This document shows, piece by piece, positions 60,340 through 64,000 of a stretch of 64,000 nt of DNA. The notes beneath the pieces were generated by a model. It was not told where the DNA came from. It saw only the letters and a program-made list of their open reading frames with translations, and did no database searches. The first letter of the stretch is position 1. Every line of letters begins with the position of its first letter. The stretch lies in the NCBI RefSeq assembly GCF_963921235.1, contig NC_086097.1:181538001-181602000 (forward strand). Direction: 5' to 3'. Both the position numbers and the translations under genes were made by a program. Source of the DNA: Mobula hypostoma. Its lineage: Eukaryota.

Positions 60340-63300
60340 TGACGTTTGAGGCTTCTGTAGAACAGAAGCTTAAAGAACTGAGGCAAAAAAGTAGTGAGGT
60401 CATGGACTGTACCCAGATCACGGAAGAAGAGGTACCGGCTGCTTTGATGCAATTAGGATGGCTAAGTCCCCAGGGCATGACAAAGTGTTCCCTCAGACTT
60501 TGTAGGAGGCTAGTGCAGAATGACAAAAGCCCCGACAGAGGTATTTAAATTAGCTACGGGTGAGGTGCCGGAAAACTGGTTGTTTCAAGAAAGGCTCTAA
60601 AAATGAGCTGGTAAACTATAGGCTCTGGTGACACTGACATTCGTCATGGGTAAATTACTTGAAGGTATTTTAAGAGAAAGTATATATAGGTGTTGGGAAA
60701 GACAGGGCCTGATTTAGGGATTGTCAGCATGGTTTTGTATCTGGGAGGCTCTATCTAACTAATCATATAGAAAGGATCTGGTGTTGTTTTTTTTCTGTAT
60801 AGAGTCTTTTTTTGAGGAGATTGTCAGGAAAGTTGATGAAGGAAAGGCAGTAGATGTTGTCTACATGCACTTTAGCAAGGCCTTTGATAAAATCCTGCAT
60901 GGGAGGCTGGTCTAGAAGGTTGAGTAGCTTGACATTTAGGATGAAGTAGTCAAATGGATTTAACAATGGCTTTGCAGGCAAAGCCAAAGCATAATAGTTA
61001 ATGCTTGCCTCCCTGATTGGTGGTGTGCCATAGATATCGATGATGAATCTGTTGTAGTTTATCATATGTATTAATCATTCAGATAATTATGTGGTAAACT
61101 GGATCAACAAATTTGCAGATGACACCAAGATTAGAGGCATAGTGGACAGAAAGGAAGGCTATCAAAATTTGGAAAAAATGGGCTGAGAAGTGTCAGGTGG
61201 AACTTAATATGAGGTGTTTCAATTTAGGAGGACAAACCAGGATAGGACTTGCACAGTGAACAATAGGCCACCGAGGAGTGTGGAAGAATAAGGGGATAAT
61301 TTCTTGAAAGTGATTTGGAATAATATGATTAGGAGTAGTCAGCATGCCTTTGTCAAAGGCAGATCGTGCCTTACAAGCCTGATTGAATTTTTTGAGGATG
61401 TAATTAAACACATTGATGAGGGTAGAGCAGTAGATGTAGTGTATATGGATTTTAGCAAGGCATTTGATAAGGTATCCCATGCAAGGCTTATTGAGAAAGT
61501 AAGGAGGCATGGAATCCAAGGGGACATTGCTTTGTGGATCCAGAACTGGCTTGCCCACAGAAGGCAAAGAGTGGTTGTAGATGGGTCATATTCTGCATGG
61601 AGGTCGGTGACCAGTGGTGTGCCTCAGGGATCTGTTCTGGGACCCCTGCTCTTTGTGATTTTTTATAAGTGACCTGGATGAGGAAGTGGAGGGATGGGTT
61701 AGTAAATTTGCTGATGACACAAAGGTTGGGGGTGTTGTGGATAGTGTGGAGGGCTGTCAGAGGTTACAGTGGGACATTGATTGGATACAAAACTAGGCTG
61801 AGAAGTGGCAGATGCAGTTCAACACAGATAAGTGTGAGGTGGTTCATTTTGGGAGGTCAAATATGATGGCAGAATATAGTATTAATGGCAAGACTCTTGG
61901 CAGTGTGGAAGATCAGAGGGATCTTGGGGTCCAAGTTCATAGGACACTCAAAGCTGCTACGCAGGTTGTGTGTGGTTAAGAAGGCATAAGGTGCATTGGC
62001 CTTCATCAATCATGGGATTGAGTTTAAGAGCCGAGAGGTAATGTTACAGCTATATAGGACCCTGGTCAGATCCCACTTGGAGTACTGTGCTCAATTCTGG
62101 TCGCCTCACTACAGGAAGGACGTGGAAAGCATAGATAGGGTGCAGTGGATACTTACAAGGATGTTGCCTGGATTGGGGAGCATGCCTTATGAGAATAGGT
62201 GGAGTGAACTCGGCCTTTTCTCTTTGGAGCAGTGGAGGATGAGAGGTGACCTGATAGAGATGTACAAAATAATGAGAGGCATTGATCATGTGGATAGTCA
62301 GAGGCTTTTTCCCAGGGCTGAAATGGCTAGCATGAGAGGGCATAGTTTTAAGATGCTTGGAAGTAGGTACAGAGGAGATGTCGGGTAAGTTTTTTTTTAC
62401 ACAGAGTGGTGAGTGCATGGAATGGGCTGCCGGCGGCGGCGGTGGAGGTGGAAACGATAGGGTCTTTTAAGAGACTCCTGGATGGCTGCATGGAGCTTAG
62501 AAAAGTAGAGGGTTATGGGTAAGCCTAGGTAGTTCTAAGGTAAGGACATGTTCGGCATAGCTTTGTAGGCCGAAGGGCCTGTATTGTGCTGTAGGTTTTC
62601 TCTGTTTCAATGAAAGTGGTGTCACTGGTAGATAGGGCTGTAAAGAAAGCTTTTGCCACATTGGCCTTCATAAATCAAAGTATTGTGTACAGGAAATGGG
62701 ATGTTATGTTGAAGTTGTATAAGATGTTGGTGAGACTGAATTTAGAGTATTGTGTGCAGTTCTGGTTGCCTGCATTCAAGAAAGGTATCAATAAGCTTGA
62801 AAGAATACAGAGAAAATTTCCAAGGATTTTGCCAGAAATTTGAGGACCTGACTGAGTTACAGGGAAAGGCTGAATAGGTTAGGACTTGATTTCCTGGAGT
62901 GCAGGTGAACGAGGGGAAGATCTTACAGAGATGGACAAAATTATCACGGTTATAGACAAGGTAAATGCTTGCAAGCTTTTCCCCTGAGGTTTGATGAGAC
63001 TAGAATGTGTGGTGATAGGCTTAGTATGAAATTATGATGCTATTAAGCAGGAACTTGGGAACATAAATTGGGAGCGGATGTTCTCAGGGAAATGCATGGC
63101 AGGATTGTGGCAAATGTTCAGGGAACATTTACATGAAGTTCTGCATAGGTATATTCCATTGAGGCAGGGAAAGGATGGTAGGGTTAAAGAAACATGGTGT
63201 ACAAAGTATGTAGAAAATCTAGTTAAGAAAAGCTTACAAAAGATTCAAGAAATTAGGTACTATTAGAGCTCTGGAAAGTTACAAGGATGCTCGGAAGGAG

Positions 63301-64000
63301 CTTCAGAATGGAATTAGGAGAGCCAGGAGGGGTCATGAGAAGGCCTTGGTGAGCAGGATTAAGGAAAAACCCAAGGCATTCTACAACTATGTGAAGAGCA
63401 AGAGGATGAGCTGTGTGAGAATAGGACCAATCAGGTGCAATAGTGGAAACGTGTGCATGGAGTCAGAGGGTGTGGCAGAGATATTTGCTTCAGTGTACAC
63501 CAGGGATAAAGACCTTGGCAATTGTGGGGATGACATACAGCAGACTGAAACGCTTGAGCATATAGACATTAAGAAAGAGGATGTGCTGGAGCTTTTGAAA
63601 AGCATTAAGTTGGATAAGTCACCAGGACCGGATGAGATCTACCCCAGGCTACTGTGGGAAGCGAGGGAGGAGATTGCTGAGCCTCTTGCAATGATCTTTG
63701 CATCAATAATAGGGATGGGAGAGGTACCGGAGTATTGGAGGGTTGCAAATGTTGTTCCCTTGTTAAAGAAAGGGAGTAGAGATCACCCAGGAAAGTTTAG
63801 ACCAGTGAGTCTGACTTCAGTGGTGGGCAAGTTGTTGGAAAAGATCCTGAGAGGCAGGATTTATGGAGAAACATAATCTGATTAGGGTAGGGATACTCAG
63901 CGTGACTTTGTCGAGGGCAAGTCGTACCTTACGAGCCTGATTGAATTCTTTGAGGATGTAACAAAAGGCATTGATGAAGATAGAGCAGTGGATGTAGTGT
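60340..64000 (+). mobile_element. Stack of CR1 LINE ORF2 fragments, including a young copy at about 61290-62608
   Basis: ORFs 61304-61672 ([21 protein letters not shown]), 61996-62388, 62610-62843 and 63346-63876 (PGPDEIYPRLL, FRPVSL). Confidence 0.92.

Noticed and set aside
59768..64000. Final UBF exons (basic segment and acidic tail)
   Set aside because: No Asp/Glu/Ser-rich exon was found; the region is CR1 sequence. The exons presumably lie beyond the window, so the gene should not be called truncated.

Overview
This is vertebrate genomic DNA. Its repeat content (CR1, Rex1/Babar, Penelope, V-SINE-like, Tigger, Tc1) suggests a cartilaginous fish such as a ray or shark, which is an inference. 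The window holds one protein-coding gene on the + strand: a UBF/UBTF-family RNA polymerase I transcription factor, most similar to the fish paralogue ubtfl. A CpG island at about 4.3-5.2 kb marks the promoter. Seventeen coding exons between 6131 and 59767 splice in frame by hand (2010 nt, 670 codons) and encode the dimerisation domain plus six HMG boxes. The acidic-tail exons must lie beyond the window. Introns are filled with nested transposons. Exon 8, the 111-nt exon whose skipping gives mammalian UBF2, begins with a perfect GTAAGT right after its acceptor and ends in a weak GC donor, which is the layout of a recursive-splicing exon. A second GC-AG intron follows exon 14, with an in-frame GT alternative. 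HMG box 4 is retained. Penelope-like elements carry minimal hammerhead ribozyme motifs, including a 209-bp TSD-flanked hairpin element. A Tigger element recalls human MER46C/MER2. Exon numbers follow human UBTF, and comparisons to other species are from memory and need alignment.
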